Source: Acidimicrobiia bacterium (GTDB taxonomy: Bacteria; Actinomycetota; Acidimicrobiia; Spongiisociales; ZC4RG35). From it: a stretch of DNA of 64,000 nucleotides. The stretch covers positions 324-64,323 of the forward strand of contig DATGPZ010000069.1 in assembly GCA_035304485.1 (NCBI GenBank), written 5' to 3'. The notes under the pieces are model-generated. The model ran no database searches. It saw nothing but the letters and a program-made list of their open reading frames with translations, and was not told where the DNA came from. Of the stretch, positions 45,740-56,037 are shown piece after piece. Position numbers and translations under genes: made by a program. The number at the start of each line of letters is the position of its first letter. The first letter of the stretch is position 1.

Positions 45740-46753
45740 GTGGACACCTTCCAGCTGATTCTGATCGTCCTGGGGGTGCTGGTCGTGGCGGGGGTCGCCT
45801 GGTTCCTGGTCACCCGTCGCTCATCAGCGCCCGAAGCGCACGCATCCGTCGTCACTGCCCCAGCCGGCGGCGCCATACGGGGTCGCCTGGCGAAGTCTTC
45901 CCAATCTCTGGGCGGGGCGCTGCGGTCGGTGTTCGGTCGGGGAGCGTTGGATCAGGAGTTCTGGGACTCGATGGAAGAGGCCCTCATCTCGGCCGACATG
46001 GGTGTCGGGGCGGCCACCGATGTGGTGAGCCGGGTGAGAGCGAGCCGTCCGGAGGACGCCTCGACCGCCCGGACGGCCCTGAAGGAGTCCTTGGAGCGAG
46101 AACTGGCGGGACGTGACCGTCGCCTGCAACTGGGTGACTCCAAGCCGGCCGTCGTGCTGGTGGTGGGGGTGAACGGGTCCGGCAAGACCACCACGGTCGC
46201 CAAGCTCGCCCACCGATTCCAGGAGGAAGGCCGCGCTCCGTTGCTGGGCGCAGCCGACACGTTTCGGGCGGCCGCCGAGGCACAGCTCCGGACCTGGGGA
46301 GAGCGCCTCTCCGTCGACGTCGTCGGTGGACAAGAAGGGGCCGATCCCGCGGCAGTCGCCTTCGACGCATTCCAGGCTGCCCGGTCCCGCGGCAAGGACG
46401 TGGTGTTGATCGACACCGCCGGTCGTCTCCAGTCCAAGCACAACCTGATGGCAGAACTCACGAAGATTCGCCGGGTGCTGGAGCGCGAAACCACCGTTTC
46501 CGAGGTCCTGTTGGTGCTCGACGCCACCGGTGGGCAGAACGGGATCTCACAGGCGGAGGTCTTCACGGAGGCGGTAGGGGTCACGGGCCTCGTCCTGACC
46601 AAACTGGACGGCACGGCTCGGGGTGGCGTCGTGGTGGCGGTGGAGAAGGCGTTGGGGGTCCCGGTCAAGTACGTCGGGTTGGGCGAAGGAATCGACGACC
46701 TGGTCCCGTTCGATCCTCACGAGTTCGTGGAGGCCCTGCTTGCCGACTCGTGA
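45740..46753 (+). CDS. ftsY: Signal recognition particle receptor FtsY
   Basis: N-terminal TM helix and NG domain with GVNGSGKTTT, DTAGRL, TKLDG. Confidence 0.95.
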   Translation: MDTFQLILIVLGVLVVAGVAWFLVTRRSSAPEAHASVVTAPAGGAIRGRLAKSSQSLGGALRSVFGRGALDQEFWDSMEEALISADMGVGAATDVVSRVRASRPEDASTARTALKESLERELAGRDRRLQLGDSKPAVVLVVGVNGSGKTTTVAKLAHRFQEEGRAPLLGAADTFRAAAEAQLRTWGERLSVDVVGGQEGADPAAVAFDAFQAARSRGKDVVLIDTAGRLQSKHNLMAELTKIRRVLERETTVSEVLLVLDATGGQNGISQAEVFTEAVGVTGLVLTKLDGTARGGVVVAVEKALGVPVKYVGLGEGIDDLVPFDPHEFVEALLADS

Positions 46754-47138
46754 TCGCAACGACCTCGTGGCCCTGGCCCGGGAGGCGGCGGTGAACGCCT
46801 ACGCCCCATACTCGAAGTTCCGGGTAGGAGCCGTGGCGCTTGGAGCCGACGGGCTCACCTACACCGCTACCAACGTCGAGAACGCGGCCTATCCCTCGTC
46901 GTCGTGTGCCGAGGCCAACGCCATCGCTCGGGCGGTGTCCGAAGGGGTACGCAAGATCGATGCGGTGGCGGTGGCCTGCATCGACGCCGCCGATGTGTCG
47001 GCGGCCTACCCGTGCGGCAAGTGCCGCCAGATCATGTCGGAGTTCGCGGTCGACGAGGTGTACGTGACCGCAGGCTCCGGCTCCAAGGTCCACAGCCACA
47101 CGCTCGACGAACTCCTCCCTCACCGTTTCACCCTCTGA
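46740..47138 (+). CDS. cdd: Cytidine deaminase
   Basis: AYAPYSKFRVGA, CAEANAI and PCGKCRQ zinc motifs. Start uncertain (TTG 46740 or GTG 46767). Confidence 0.85.
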   Translation: MPTRDRNDLVALAREAAVNAYAPYSKFRVGAVALGADGLTYTATNVENAAYPSSSCAEANAIARAVSEGVRKIDAVAVACIDAADVSAAYPCGKCRQIMSEFAVDEVYVTAGSGSKVHSHTLDELLPHRFTL

Positions 47139-47991
47139 GGTCCAGCCCGCCCACCACGTAGGCGGCGATGGCGGCCGCCGCTCCGACATTGAGGGAATCG
47201 ATTCCTGAGCGCATCGGGATCCTCACCACCCGGTCGAGGACGGCCCGGGTGTCCGGGCTGAGCCCCGATCCCTCAGCGCCGAGGACGAGGGCGACGCGGT
47301 CGGCGAAGTCCGTGCTGCCGATCGTCGGAGCGGATGGGTCGGGGGAGAGGCCGACCAGCTCGAACCCATGGTTCGAGAGAAGTCGCAGACCGCTCGGGAA
47401 TGCCGGAAGGCGGCCGTGCGGCAGGCTGAAGACGGTTCCCATCGACACGCGGACGACGCGCCGATAGAGGGGATCGCAGCTGGTCGGGTCTCCCAGGAGA
47501 GCGTCGAATCCGAGAGCAGCCGCCGACCGAACCATCACCCCGAGGTTGGTCGGGTTCGTCACGTTCTCGGTCACGAGGACACGCCGCGCTCCGGCCACGA
47601 TCTCCTCTGCATCCACGGCCGGCGGACGGCGGAAGGCGGCCACGAAGCCTCGATGGAAGCGGAAACCGGTGACTGCCTCCACCACCTCGGGCGAGCCCAG
47701 GTAGACGGGAATTCGATCGGGGAGTTCGGGAAGACGGTCGAGCATGTCGCCGGCCACGAACACCGACACGGGCTCGAGACCCACTTCGAGGGCCCTTTCG
47801 GTCACCTTGGTGCCTTCGCACATGAAGATCCCGGCCAGATCACCATCCGGGCTCTCGCGCCAGCGCCGGAGCCGCTCGTCGGTGAGGCCGGTGTAGGCCC
47901 TGATACGCGGGTCGTCCGGTGACTCGATCTCGATCAGATCCACGACGGCGAGTATGGCGCGGATCGATCCTGTGTGGACCCGTTGTAGCAA
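47128..47991 (-). CDS. TrmH/SpoU-family RNA 2'-O-methyltransferase
   Basis: C-terminal SPOUT motifs VLGAEGSGLS and IPM..GIDSLNVGAAAAIA. The N-terminal boundary is uncertain. Confidence 0.75.
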   Translation of the reverse strand: MLQRVHTGSIRAILAVVDLIEIESPDDPRIRAYTGLTDERLRRWRESPDGDLAGIFMCEGTKVTERALEVGLEPVSVFVAGDMLDRLPELPDRIPVYLGSPEVVEAVTGFRFHRGFVAAFRRPPAVDAEEIVAGARRVLVTENVTNPTNLGVMVRSAAALGFDALLGDPTSCDPLYRRVVRVSMGTVFSLPHGRLPAFPSGLRLLSNHGFELVGLSPDPSAPTIGSTDFADRVALVLGAEGSGLSPDTRAVLDRVVRIPMRSGIDSLNVGAAAAIAAYVVGGLDLRG

Positions 47992-48178
47992 CGGTCAGGC
48001 GGCTTGCTCTACGCGAGTGAGAACGGGCTCGCATGTTGTGCACGAATTGCCGTGGATCCCTGCCCGGCGACGAATACGAGATCCCGCGAGTCTCCACCGG
48101 TGCCGTCTCTCGGGCACGCCGAGCCATCCGATCGATCGTGGAGATGTCCGGCAGCCTCAGGCCACTCCTTCGGACTCA

Positions 48179-48199
48179 GAAGCGGCCTGTGGCTGCTTC
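48179..48199 (-). terminator. Hairpin overlapping the etfA stop codon (possible factor-independent terminator without a U-tract)
   Basis: Plus-strand GAAGCGGCC-TGT-GGCTGCTTC: 9 positions, with one A.C mismatch in the minus-sense RNA. Confidence 0.25.
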
Positions 48200-49148
48200 A
48201 GCGGGCGTCGAGGGCTTCGATCAGCTTGGGAAGGACGTTGTGAACGTCTCCGACGATGCCGAGATCGGCGATCGAGAAGATCGGGGCGTCCGGGTCCTTG
48301 TTGATCGCCACGATCGTCTTCGAGTCCTTCATACCGACCAGGTGCTGCATGGCACCCGAGATGCCGGCGGCGATGTAGACGTCGGGCTTCACCGTGGTGC
48401 CGGTCTGGCCGACCTGTTTCGAATAGGGGACCCAGCCCGAGTCGACGATGGCACGTGTGGCCCCGGTGGCGGCATTGAGCCGCTTGGCCAGCTCCTCCAC
48501 CATGCCGTAGGCCTCGGCCGAACCCAGGCCCCGACCGCCGGAGACGATCACGGCGGCGTCTGTGAGCTGGGGTCCTTCCCGCTCTTCGGCATGGCGGGCA
48601 GTGATCTTGGCGCTCGAGCGGCCGACGTCGGGAAGCGGCAGCGTTTCCACCTCTGGTGTGAGGCCGGCTCCGGCTTCGGCCGGGAACGATTTGGGTCGGA
48701 CCAGCACGATGTGCGGAGCGTCGCCCCTCACTTCGGCCTTGGCCAGCTGGGTGCCGCCGAAGATCTCGTGGGTGGTGACGGCGCTCCCGTCTCCGAGTTC
48801 GACATCGGAGGCGTTGGAGAGGACCGAGCGGCCCAGGCGGGCGGCCAGACGTCCGGCTATGTCGCGGTCGTTGTAGGCCTGACCGAAGAGGATCAGGTCT
48901 GCGGATTCCGTCGAGAGCCGTTCGGCCAGAGCGGCAGCCACGGGAGCCGAGGGAAGCGAGTCGCCGGGATCGGCGTGGAGTACTCGGGCAGCTCCATGGT
49001 CGCCGAGCGTCGAGAAGGCCGTGTCGGATCCGCTCCCGAGGTACACCGCTGTCACATCGCCCAGCGAGCGGGCCTTGGTGAGCAGCTCCAGACCGATGGA
49101 TGAGGGCGAGTCGCCGTCTTCCTCGACGAATACCCAGATGTTCGCCAT
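48198..49148 (-). CDS. etfA: Electron transfer flavoprotein subunit alpha
   Basis: FAD-binding C-terminal region ...VIVSGGRG...[19 protein letters not shown]. Confidence 0.9.
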   Translation of the reverse strand: MANIWVFVEEDGDSPSSIGLELLTKARSLGDVTAVYLGSGSDTAFSTLGDHGAARVLHADPGDSLPSAPVAAALAERLSTESADLILFGQAYNDRDIAGRLAARLGRSVLSNASDVELGDGSAVTTHEIFGGTQLAKAEVRGDAPHIVLVRPKSFPAEAGAGLTPEVETLPLPDVGRSSAKITARHAEEREGPQLTDAAVIVSGGRGLGSAEAYGMVEELAKRLNAATGATRAIVDSGWVPYSKQVGQTGTTVKPDVYIAAGISGAMQHLVGMKDSKTIVAINKDPDAPIFSIADLGIVGDVHNVLPKLIEALDAR

Positions 49149-49907
49149 TCAGATCACCTTCTTCTGTTCGAGGAGCTCCACGATCTTGAGATGGGCAGTG
49201 CCGTCGTCCTCGATCTTCACTCCGGCCTCGCGTTCGGGGGCGGGCTCCACCGCCGTGACACTCTGGAGCACCGAGATCTCGACCCCCAGATCGGAAGCGG
49301 TCAAGTTCTCCACTTCCTTCTTCTTGGCGTCCATGATTCCTTTGAAGGTGGGGTAGCGGGGCTCGACGACGCCGGCCGTCACCGACACGACCGCCGGCAG
49401 GTCGGCTTCGACGACCTCGTAGCCGGTGTTGGTCTGGCGATCGATCGAGACCTTGCCATCACCGGCCGTAACGCGGGTGGCGTAGGTCAAGGCGGGGGCG
49501 TCGAGGAACTCGGCCACCATCTGGGGGAGAACCCCGCTGTAGCCGTCGGTCGACTCGGTTCCGGCGATGACCAGGTCGTAGCCGGTGCGTCCGATCGCCG
49601 CAGCCAGGATCCGAGCGGTCGTCAGTGCGTCGGCGCCCTTCAGGGCTGGGTCGTCGACGACCACGGCGCGGTCCGCGCCCATTGCCAGGGCTTGACGGAT
49701 CCCTTGCATAGAGCCGGCCGGGCCCATCGACACGAGGGTGACGGTGCCGCCTTTCTCCTGGGCGATCTGCAGGCCCATTTCGACGCCGTAGCGATCGGTG
49801 TCGTCGAGTACCTGATCGTCGGGCCGGACCAGGTTGTGTGTCTCCGGGTCGAGGCTCTGCGTCCCGGCGGGGTCGGGAATCTGCTTCACGCAGACGACCA
49901 CCTGCAT
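49149..49907 (-). CDS. etfB: Electron transfer flavoprotein subunit beta
   Basis: MQVVVCVKQIPD N-terminus; directly abuts etfA. GAAGGAGGAG lies before the ATG. Confidence 0.9.
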   Translation of the reverse strand: MQVVVCVKQIPDPAGTQSLDPETHNLVRPDDQVLDDTDRYGVEMGLQIAQEKGGTVTLVSMGPAGSMQGIRQALAMGADRAVVVDDPALKGADALTTARILAAAIGRTGYDLVIAGTESTDGYSGVLPQMVAEFLDAPALTYATRVTAGDGKVSIDRQTNTGYEVVEADLPAVVSVTAGVVEPRYPTFKGIMDAKKKEVENLTASDLGVEISVLQSVTAVEPAPEREAGVKIEDDGTAHLKIVELLEQKKVI

Positions 49908-49989
49908 ACGGGCTCCTCCTTCATAGACGGGTAGTTCGGGATGCTAACTGCATCCAGAAACTTGAGCATACACTCAAATTATGGAGCCC

Positions 49990-51285
49990 TCAGGTGATGC
50001 GATCGAGGATCAACCCGGTGGCATCCGGCGGCTCCGAGTCGATCTCCCAGGCGGCCGCCGCCCGCGTCACGACGTCGCTGACGTCTCCCGGTCGATGCGT
50101 CAGGATCGCCAGAGGATCGCCGGCGGCGACCTCGTCACCGACCTTGGCGAGCACCTCGATGCCCACTCCCGGGTCGATGTCGTCCTCCTTTCGGGTTCTG
50201 CCCGCCCCGAGCCGCATGGCGGCGATTCCGATGGTGCGAGCGTCACAACGGGTGACGAAACCCGAACGGTCGGCTTCCAGTGCGGTCTGGCCGGGAGCCT
50301 GGTCGAGCAGGGACCGGTCCTCGACGACCCTGGGGTCGCCTCCTTGGGCTTCGACCATCGCTTGAAAACGCTCCATGGCCCTTCCGGAACGGATGGCTTC
50401 GTCGACGGCGTCACTGCTGCCTTCGATGCCCGCCAATTGGAGCATCTCGACGGCGAGAGCCCGGGTGACTTCGACGAGGTCCTCGGGCCCCTCGCCCTCC
50501 AAGACGTCCAGCGACTCCGCGATTTCGTTGGCGTTTCCAACCATCCGTCCCAACGGCTGGCTCATGTCGGTGAGCAATGCTGTGACCGGCAGGCCGTGGG
50601 TTCGGCCGATCCCGATCATCGTCTCGGCCAGGCGTCGGGCCTCGGCGGGTTCGGAGAGGAAGGCTCCAGAGCCGGTCTTGACGTCCAGGACCAAACCGTC
50701 CAGATCTTCGGCGAGCTTCTTCGACATGATCGAGGAAGCGATGAGGGGCAGCGACGACACGGTCCCCGAGGCGTCTCGCAGCGCATACAGCTTGCGATCG
50801 GCCGGCACCAGGCTCTCCGATTGGCCCGCCATCACGAAGCCGCAACGAGAGAGGATCTCGCGGAAGCGGTCCGGATCGAATTGGACCCTGAGCCCGGGGA
50901 TCGACTCCAGCTTGTCGAGAGTGCCGCCGGTGTGGCCGAGGCCTCGGCCGGACATCATCGGTACGAGGACCCCGCACGCGGCGACGATCGGCGCCAGTGG
51001 AATCGAGACCTTGTCGCCCACGCCACCGGTGGAGTGCTTGTCGACCTTGGGTCCCTCGATCGTCGAGAGATCGAGCACTTCGCCCGAGTGGAGCATCGCC
51101 CCGGTCCAGGCGGACAATTCCTCGGCGTCGAGCCCGTTGAGGTAGACCGCCATCGCCATGGCCGACATCTGGTAGTCGGCTACCTCGTCCCGGGTGTAGG
51201 CGGAGATGAGCCATTGGATCTCCTCGTCTCGGAGCCGTCCTCCATCTCGTTTGCGCTCGATCAGCTCGATGACGTTGAAACTCAT
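49990..51285 (-). CDS. deoA: Thymidine (pyrimidine-nucleoside) phosphorylase
   Basis: MSFNVIELIERKRDGG...DKHSTGGVGDK...SGRGLGHTGGTLDKLE. Confidence 0.9.
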   Translation of the reverse strand: MSFNVIELIERKRDGGRLRDEEIQWLISAYTRDEVADYQMSAMAMAVYLNGLDAEELSAWTGAMLHSGEVLDLSTIEGPKVDKHSTGGVGDKVSIPLAPIVAACGVLVPMMSGRGLGHTGGTLDKLESIPGLRVQFDPDRFREILSRCGFVMAGQSESLVPADRKLYALRDASGTVSSLPLIASSIMSKKLAEDLDGLVLDVKTGSGAFLSEPAEARRLAETMIGIGRTHGLPVTALLTDMSQPLGRMVGNANEIAESLDVLEGEGPEDLVEVTRALAVEMLQLAGIEGSSDAVDEAIRSGRAMERFQAMVEAQGGDPRVVEDRSLLDQAPGQTALEADRSGFVTRCDARTIGIAAMRLGAGRTRKEDDIDPGVGIEVLAKVGDEVAAGDPLAILTHRPGDVSDVVTRAAAAWEIDSEPPDATGLILDRIT

Positions 51286-51323
51286 TTGGACCTCCACCGG
51301 GACGGGCAAGCGTATCGCTCTCT

Positions 51324-51593
51324 CTAGGGCGAGACCACCCGGTGATCCACGACCCGAACGCCTTCGGCGATGAGCAGCCGGGCCTGTCGGTCGGGATTGG
51401 GCGTTCGGATGCGGCCGCCGACCCCGACGACTCTCCACCAGGGCAGATCCTGGCCGCTGCGACGGAGCAGAGTGCCGACGGCTCGGGCGGCGCCGGGATA
51501 GCCGGCTTCCTCGGCCACCTCGCCATAGGTGACGACGTCGCCTGGCTGCAGGCGAAGAAGGACTTCGACGACCCTCTCCTCGAAATCGCTCAA
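51324..51593 (-). CDS. Alkyltransferase-like (ATL) / MGMT-DNA-binding-domain protein lacking the acceptor cysteine
   Basis: ...VVTYGEVAEEAGYPGAARAVG...LPWWRVV: the PCHRV active site is replaced by PWWRV. TTG start at 51593 sits in a TTGA overlap with the ppc stop. The rest of track ORF 51324..52583- is a shadow inside ppc. Confidence 0.7.
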   Translation of the reverse strand: MSDFEERVVEVLLRLQPGDVVTYGEVAEEAGYPGAARAVGTLLRRSGQDLPWWRVVGVGGRIRTPNPDRQARLLIAEGVRVVDHRVVSP

Positions 51594-54313
51594 CCGGTAT
51601 TCCTCATTCCCGCGGCGATCCCGTTGACCGTGAGGAGGATCGCCCGATGCAACTGGGGATCGGGTTCGGTCGACTGGCGAGCCCGGTCGAGGAGGGATGC
51701 CTGGAGGAGATTGATCGGGTCCAGGTAGGCGTCCCGGACCTGGAGTGTCCTGCGCAGGACGGGATTGGTGGCCAGCAATTCCGACTGGCCGGTCGTGGCC
51801 AGCACCTCTGCCACGGTGAGATCGAACTCCTCGCGCAACCGATCGAAGATGTGGCGGTGGCGCGGTTCTACGAGTAGGTCGACGTAACGGCGCGTGATCT
51901 CGAGGTCGGTCTTGAAGAGGGTCATCTCCACGTTCGAGAGGAAAGTCTGGAGGAACAGCCACTGTTGCTGCATGTCCTGTAGCACCTCCCCGTACCCGGC
52001 CTCCTTGACCGCCTTCAATCCCGACCCGACGCCGAACCAGCCGGGGACGATCTGACGGGATTGGGTCCAGCCGAACACCCACGGGATGGCTCGCAGGTCG
52101 TCGAGGCTGCCTCCTCCCTCGGGCCGTCGAGAAGGGCGGGACCCGATGTTCATGTCGCCGAGCTCCTCCACTGGCGTGGACGACAGGAAATAGGGGACGA
52201 GCGACGGATCGTCCACCAGTTCCCGGTACGAGGTGTAGGCGGCGTGAGAGAACACTTCCATCGCCTCTGTCCAGCGATCGAGGACCTCCTTCGGCTGCCG
52301 GGATTCCCTGTGCAACAGCGAAGCCTCCAGGACCGAGGCCAGGGCCAGCTCGAGGTTGCGAGCGGCCAGGCCCGGCAAGCCGTACTTGTCGGAGACGACC
52401 TCGCCCTGCTCGGTGATCTTGATGGGCCCGTCGATGGTGCCGTAGGGCTGGGCCAGGATCGCCTGATGGGTGGGGCCGCCACCTCGCCCGATGGTTCCGC
52501 CCCGGCCGTGGAACAGGCGGAGCTTCACACCATGGCGGGCGGCGACATTCCTCAGGGCTCGCTGTGCCTTGTAGATCTCCCACTGCGAAGTCGTGATGCC
52601 GCCCGCTTTGTTGGAATCGGAGTAGCCGAGCATCACCTCCTGCATGTTCCCCCGCAGCTCGACGACGCGGCGATAGGCGGGACGGGAGAGGGCGCCATCG
52701 AGGATCTCACCCGCCCGGCGCAAGTCGTCGATCGTCTCGATCAGGGGCACGAACCCGATGCGGGCGATGTCCTGGGAGAGGTCTATGAGACCCGCTTCGC
52801 GTGCCAGGACCGCGGCAGCGAGCACATCGTCGGGGTGGGAGGCCATCGAGATCACATACGACTCGATCACGTGCTGGCCGAAGCGCTCCTGGGCGGTGTG
52901 GATGGCCCGAAAAGTGTCGAGGGTGATGGCCGGCCGCTCGGACAGGCGGGTGGCGGGAGAGGTGAGCGGGCGGAACCCTGCCAACTCGCGATCCAGCATG
53001 TCGGCCCGGTCCTCAGGGCCGAGTGACGAGTATTCCAGGCCGAGGCGCCCATAGAGGGCGTCGAGTGCCTCGGTGTGGAACCGAGCGTGCTCGCGGATGT
53101 CCATCGTCGCCAGGTGGAAACCGAAGGCTCGGACGTTGCGGATCAGCCGCATCAAGACTCCTTCGGCCACGAGATCGCCCCGGTTCCGCCTCAGGCTGTC
53201 CCGCATGAGCTCCAGTTCCCGGATCATCTCGTCGGGTGTCTCGTAGTCCAGTCCCGGCACGTGCCGGGTGCCATGCCGCACGCGGGTCTGAGTGTTGATC
53301 AGACGCTGATGGATGTAGGCGCATTTGAGACGGTAGGGCTCGCCGGCGTTGAGGCGATGGAACCGCTCCCAGACACCGGGGAGCAATCTCTGATCCTCCG
53401 CCAGCGAGTTCTCCAGCTCCTTCGATATGGGCTGGAGCCGAATAGAAGTCGAGAGTTCCTCGGCGACCGACTCGACGGCGGAGATCAAGCCTCGTAGGCC
53501 GCGATCGTGCTGCATCTCCAACACCTGGAGCGTGATGTCCGGCGTGACCGAAGGGTTGCCGTCCCTGTCACCGCCTACCCAGGTGCCGAACCGAATCGGG
53601 ACGTGGTCGCCTGGTGCGAGACGGTCGAGCTGGAGGTCGACCTCCTCACCGAGGGTGGGGAGGACATCGCCGAACAGCTGGTCGAAATAGAAGACCATCG
53701 ATCGGGCCTCGTCGATCGGTTCGGGCCGCTCCATTCGGAGCTCGTCGGTCTGCCAGATCTGGTCGATCAGCTCCGCCACCCGGCGGTCGATGCGCGTCCG
53801 ATCGGACTCGGTTGCGCGAGGATCGAGCCGCTGATCCAACAGGTCGGCCAGAGTCCTCAGCTTGGTGAGGATGGTTCGGCGGGCGGCCTCCGTGGGATGG
53901 GCCGTGAAGACGGGACGCAGTTCCAGTCGGTCGATCACAGCCGTGACGAGATCGGGGTCGAGACCCGCGGCCTGGATGCGGTCGATGGTGGCAGCGAGAG
54001 AGTGATCCACGTCGGTCTCGGCCAGCTCTTCGATTCGATGGACCTGCTCGGCGGCATTGGCGAGATAGAAGTAGGCCGTGAAAGCCCGCATCAGCTGGAT
54101 GGTCTCGTTCAGGTCGAGGGAACCGAGGAGCTGGGTGACCTGCTCGGCGGCGGCGGCGTCCTCCTCCTGTCGCACCTGCTTGGTGAGGCTCCGCACCTGC
54201 TCCACGAGATCGAGGAGACGGGGACCGTGCTGGCGGGTCAGTGCGTCGCCCAACTGGTGTCCCAGGCGACGGATGTCGTCGCGGAGAGCCTGGTCGCGAT
54301 CCGTGAGCGTCAC
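51590..54313 (-). CDS. ppc: Phosphoenolpyruvate carboxylase
   Basis: 907 aa with VFTAHPTE, GYSDSNKAGG, FHGRGGTIGRGGGP and a C-terminal ...GMRNTG. Confidence 0.95.
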   Translation of the reverse strand: MTLTDRDQALRDDIRRLGHQLGDALTRQHGPRLLDLVEQVRSLTKQVRQEEDAAAAEQVTQLLGSLDLNETIQLMRAFTAYFYLANAAEQVHRIEELAETDVDHSLAATIDRIQAAGLDPDLVTAVIDRLELRPVFTAHPTEAARRTILTKLRTLADLLDQRLDPRATESDRTRIDRRVAELIDQIWQTDELRMERPEPIDEARSMVFYFDQLFGDVLPTLGEEVDLQLDRLAPGDHVPIRFGTWVGGDRDGNPSVTPDITLQVLEMQHDRGLRGLISAVESVAEELSTSIRLQPISKELENSLAEDQRLLPGVWERFHRLNAGEPYRLKCAYIHQRLINTQTRVRHGTRHVPGLDYETPDEMIRELELMRDSLRRNRGDLVAEGVLMRLIRNVRAFGFHLATMDIREHARFHTEALDALYGRLGLEYSSLGPEDRADMLDRELAGFRPLTSPATRLSERPAITLDTFRAIHTAQERFGQHVIESYVISMASHPDDVLAAAVLAREAGLIDLSQDIARIGFVPLIETIDDLRRAGEILDGALSRPAYRRVVELRGNMQEVMLGYSDSNKAGGITTSQWEIYKAQRALRNVAARHGVKLRLFHGRGGTIGRGGGPTHQAILAQPYGTIDGPIKITEQGEVVSDKYGLPGLAARNLELALASVLEASLLHRESRQPKEVLDRWTEAMEVFSHAAYTSYRELVDDPSLVPYFLSSTPVEELGDMNIGSRPSRRPEGGGSLDDLRAIPWVFGWTQSRQIVPGWFGVGSGLKAVKEAGYGEVLQDMQQQWLFLQTFLSNVEMTLFKTDLEITRRYVDLLVEPRHRHIFDRLREEFDLTVAEVLATTGQSELLATNPVLRRTLQVRDAYLDPINLLQASLLDRARQSTEPDPQLHRAILLTVNGIAAGMRNTG

Positions 54314-54350
54314 GGTCCGAGGTTATTACCTACCTCCAGGAGGCCGAGCC

Positions 54351-55142
54351 TCAGACTCCGACGTCGCGCCTTTGGAAGCCGAGCAGCCCGATCACCACGA
54401 AGATCGCGGACACTGCAAGGCACAGGGCGATGTCGGCCGAGGCGGCTCCGCTCCTGAGGATCTCCGTCGGGTCGTACCAGTCGAAAGGGGAGAGGCGCTC
54501 CACCCACGCCAGGCTCTCGACCATCGGTGCCATGGTGTCGGCGAGGTACGCCATCACCGCGACGGCGGCCGTCACGGCGATCACCGCCCCCTTGCGACCG
54601 GTGACACCTCCGATGGCCAGGGCCAGAGCTCCGAAGAGCAGGCCGAGGAGGGCCAGTTGGAACGCCGCCGCCGCCAAGTGAGCCGGGGGCAGGCCCAGAT
54701 CGATCGGCCCACTCAATGCCAGGATGGCGAGGAACACCGCCAGGCCCGCTGCGACCATGACCAGAGTCAGCGTGAGCGTGCGCTGCAGGAGCACCCGGCT
54801 CCGGCTGACCGGATGGGCGATGAGCAGCTCCAGCCCACCGGACTCCTCGTCACCAGCCAGCAGCCTGGCCCCCATCGTCACGCCGAGGATCACGACCAGG
54901 ACCTGGCCCAGCACGCCGAACACGGCCGCGCCCATGTACCCCTCCGCCGTGTTGAAGTCTTCCCATCCCATCGCTTCGATCAGACCGGGTGGGAGTGTCT
55001 CGAGCAGATCCGAGTATGCAGGGTCGGCCATGAAGGGATAGAACGCTCCGTACACGACCGTCACGGCGATCAATCCCATCATCCAGCCGAGCAGTGCGCG
55101 CCGGGAGTCCCACAACGATTTGATCCAGATGTCACGAAACAT
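54351..55142 (-). CDS. ABC-2-type transporter permease
   Basis: MFRDIWIKSLWDSRRALLGW... with 6 TM helices, immediately downstream of the ATPase (11-nt overlap). Confidence 0.7.
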   Translation of the reverse strand: MFRDIWIKSLWDSRRALLGWMMGLIAVTVVYGAFYPFMADPAYSDLLETLPPGLIEAMGWEDFNTAEGYMGAAVFGVLGQVLVVILGVTMGARLLAGDEESGGLELLIAHPVSRSRVLLQRTLTLTLVMVAAGLAVFLAILALSGPIDLGLPPAHLAAAAFQLALLGLLFGALALAIGGVTGRKGAVIAVTAAVAVMAYLADTMAPMVESLAWVERLSPFDWYDPTEILRSGAASADIALCLAVSAIFVVIGLLGFQRRDVGV

Positions 55143-56037
55143 CGGCTTCCTCCTCGAGGTAGTACTCGAAGAACAGTTCTTCGAGGTCCGGCTCCTCGGA
55201 GATGAAATCGAGTACTCGATGGCGGGCAACCGCCTTCACGAAGGTGTCGGCCTCTCCGAGCAGCCGACAACGGAGCACCCGGTCTTCCACCAGGAGATCG
55301 GAGAGTCCCTCGATGGGTTCGAAGGTGGTGGGATCGACTGGCTCTGCGAAGGTCACCTCGATCCGGCGCACGGCACGTGCCCGGAGAGCCTCGACTTCGT
55401 CCACTGCCACCAGCCGTCCCTGGCGGATGATGGCTGCCCGATCCGCCACTTGCTGAACCTCGCTCAATATGTGGGAGGACATGAAGACGGTCTGCCCGCC
55501 GGCGCGGGCCTCGCGCACCATGTCCAGGAACTCGTGCGCCATGAGCGGGTCGAGCCCACTGGTGGGCTCGTCGAGGATCAGGAGCTCGGGCTCGTGCATG
55601 AACGCCTGGATGAGGCCGACCTTTTGACGGTTGCCCTTCGAGAGTCCGCGTATCGGGCGATCGAGGTCGAGGATCAGGCGCTGGGCTAGTCGCTCGACGC
55701 GGTCCTTGGGTACCCCGCCACGTAGATTGCCCAGGTACGTCAACAGCTGCCGGGCTGTCTGGCGACCCTCGACGGCGAAGTCGCCTGGTAGGTAGCCGAT
55801 CCGGCGCCGCACGTCGATACCGTCGGTCCGAGGGTCCAGTCCGAGCACCGTTGCCGAGCCGGAGTCGGGGCGCAACACGTCGAGGAGTAGCCGGATGGCC
55901 GTGGTCTTGCCGGCGCCGTTCGGTCCAAGGAAGCCGAACACTTCGCCTCGTCTCACATCGAGCTCGAGGCCGTCGAGAGCCAGGGTGGAGCCGTAGCTCT
56001 TGGTGAGCCCTCGGGTCGTTATCGCCTCAGCTGTCAC
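55132..56037 (-). CDS. ABC transporter ATP-binding protein
   Basis: GPNGAGKTT Walker A, LSKGNRQKV signature, LILDEPTSGLD Walker B. GTG start with GGAGGGAG upstream. Confidence 0.9.
   Translation of the reverse strand: MTAEAITTRGLTKSYGSTLALDGLELDVRRGEVFGFLGPNGAGKTTAIRLLLDVLRPDSGSATVLGLDPRTDGIDVRRRIGYLPGDFAVEGRQTARQLLTYLGNLRGGVPKDRVERLAQRLILDLDRPIRGLSKGNRQKVGLIQAFMHEPELLILDEPTSGLDPLMAHEFLDMVREARAGGQTVFMSSHILSEVQQVADRAAIIRQGRLVAVDEVEALRARAVRRIEVTFAEPVDPTTFEPIEGLSDLLVEDRVLRCRLLGEADTFVKAVARHRVLDFISEEPDLEELFFEYYLEEEADVS

Noticed and set aside
48033-48197. ORF start MLCTNCRGSLPGDEYEIPR... in the trmH-etfA spacer, which looks like a CxxC zinc-ribbon beginning.
   Set aside because: The frame never stops in the spacer. 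It runs 1 kb antisense through etfA with junk composition, so a discrete small protein cannot be delimited.
49930-49989. AT-rich etfB upstream spacer with a TTGAG-N6-CTCAA inverted repeat as an operator.
   Set aside because: The arms are only 5 bp and no convincing -35/-10 pair could be aligned. It is too weak to report as a feature.
51594-52583. Upstream 330 aa of track ORF 51324..52583-.
   Set aside because: This part is out-of-frame overlap inside ppc. Only the terminal 89 aa (the ATL protein) are credible.
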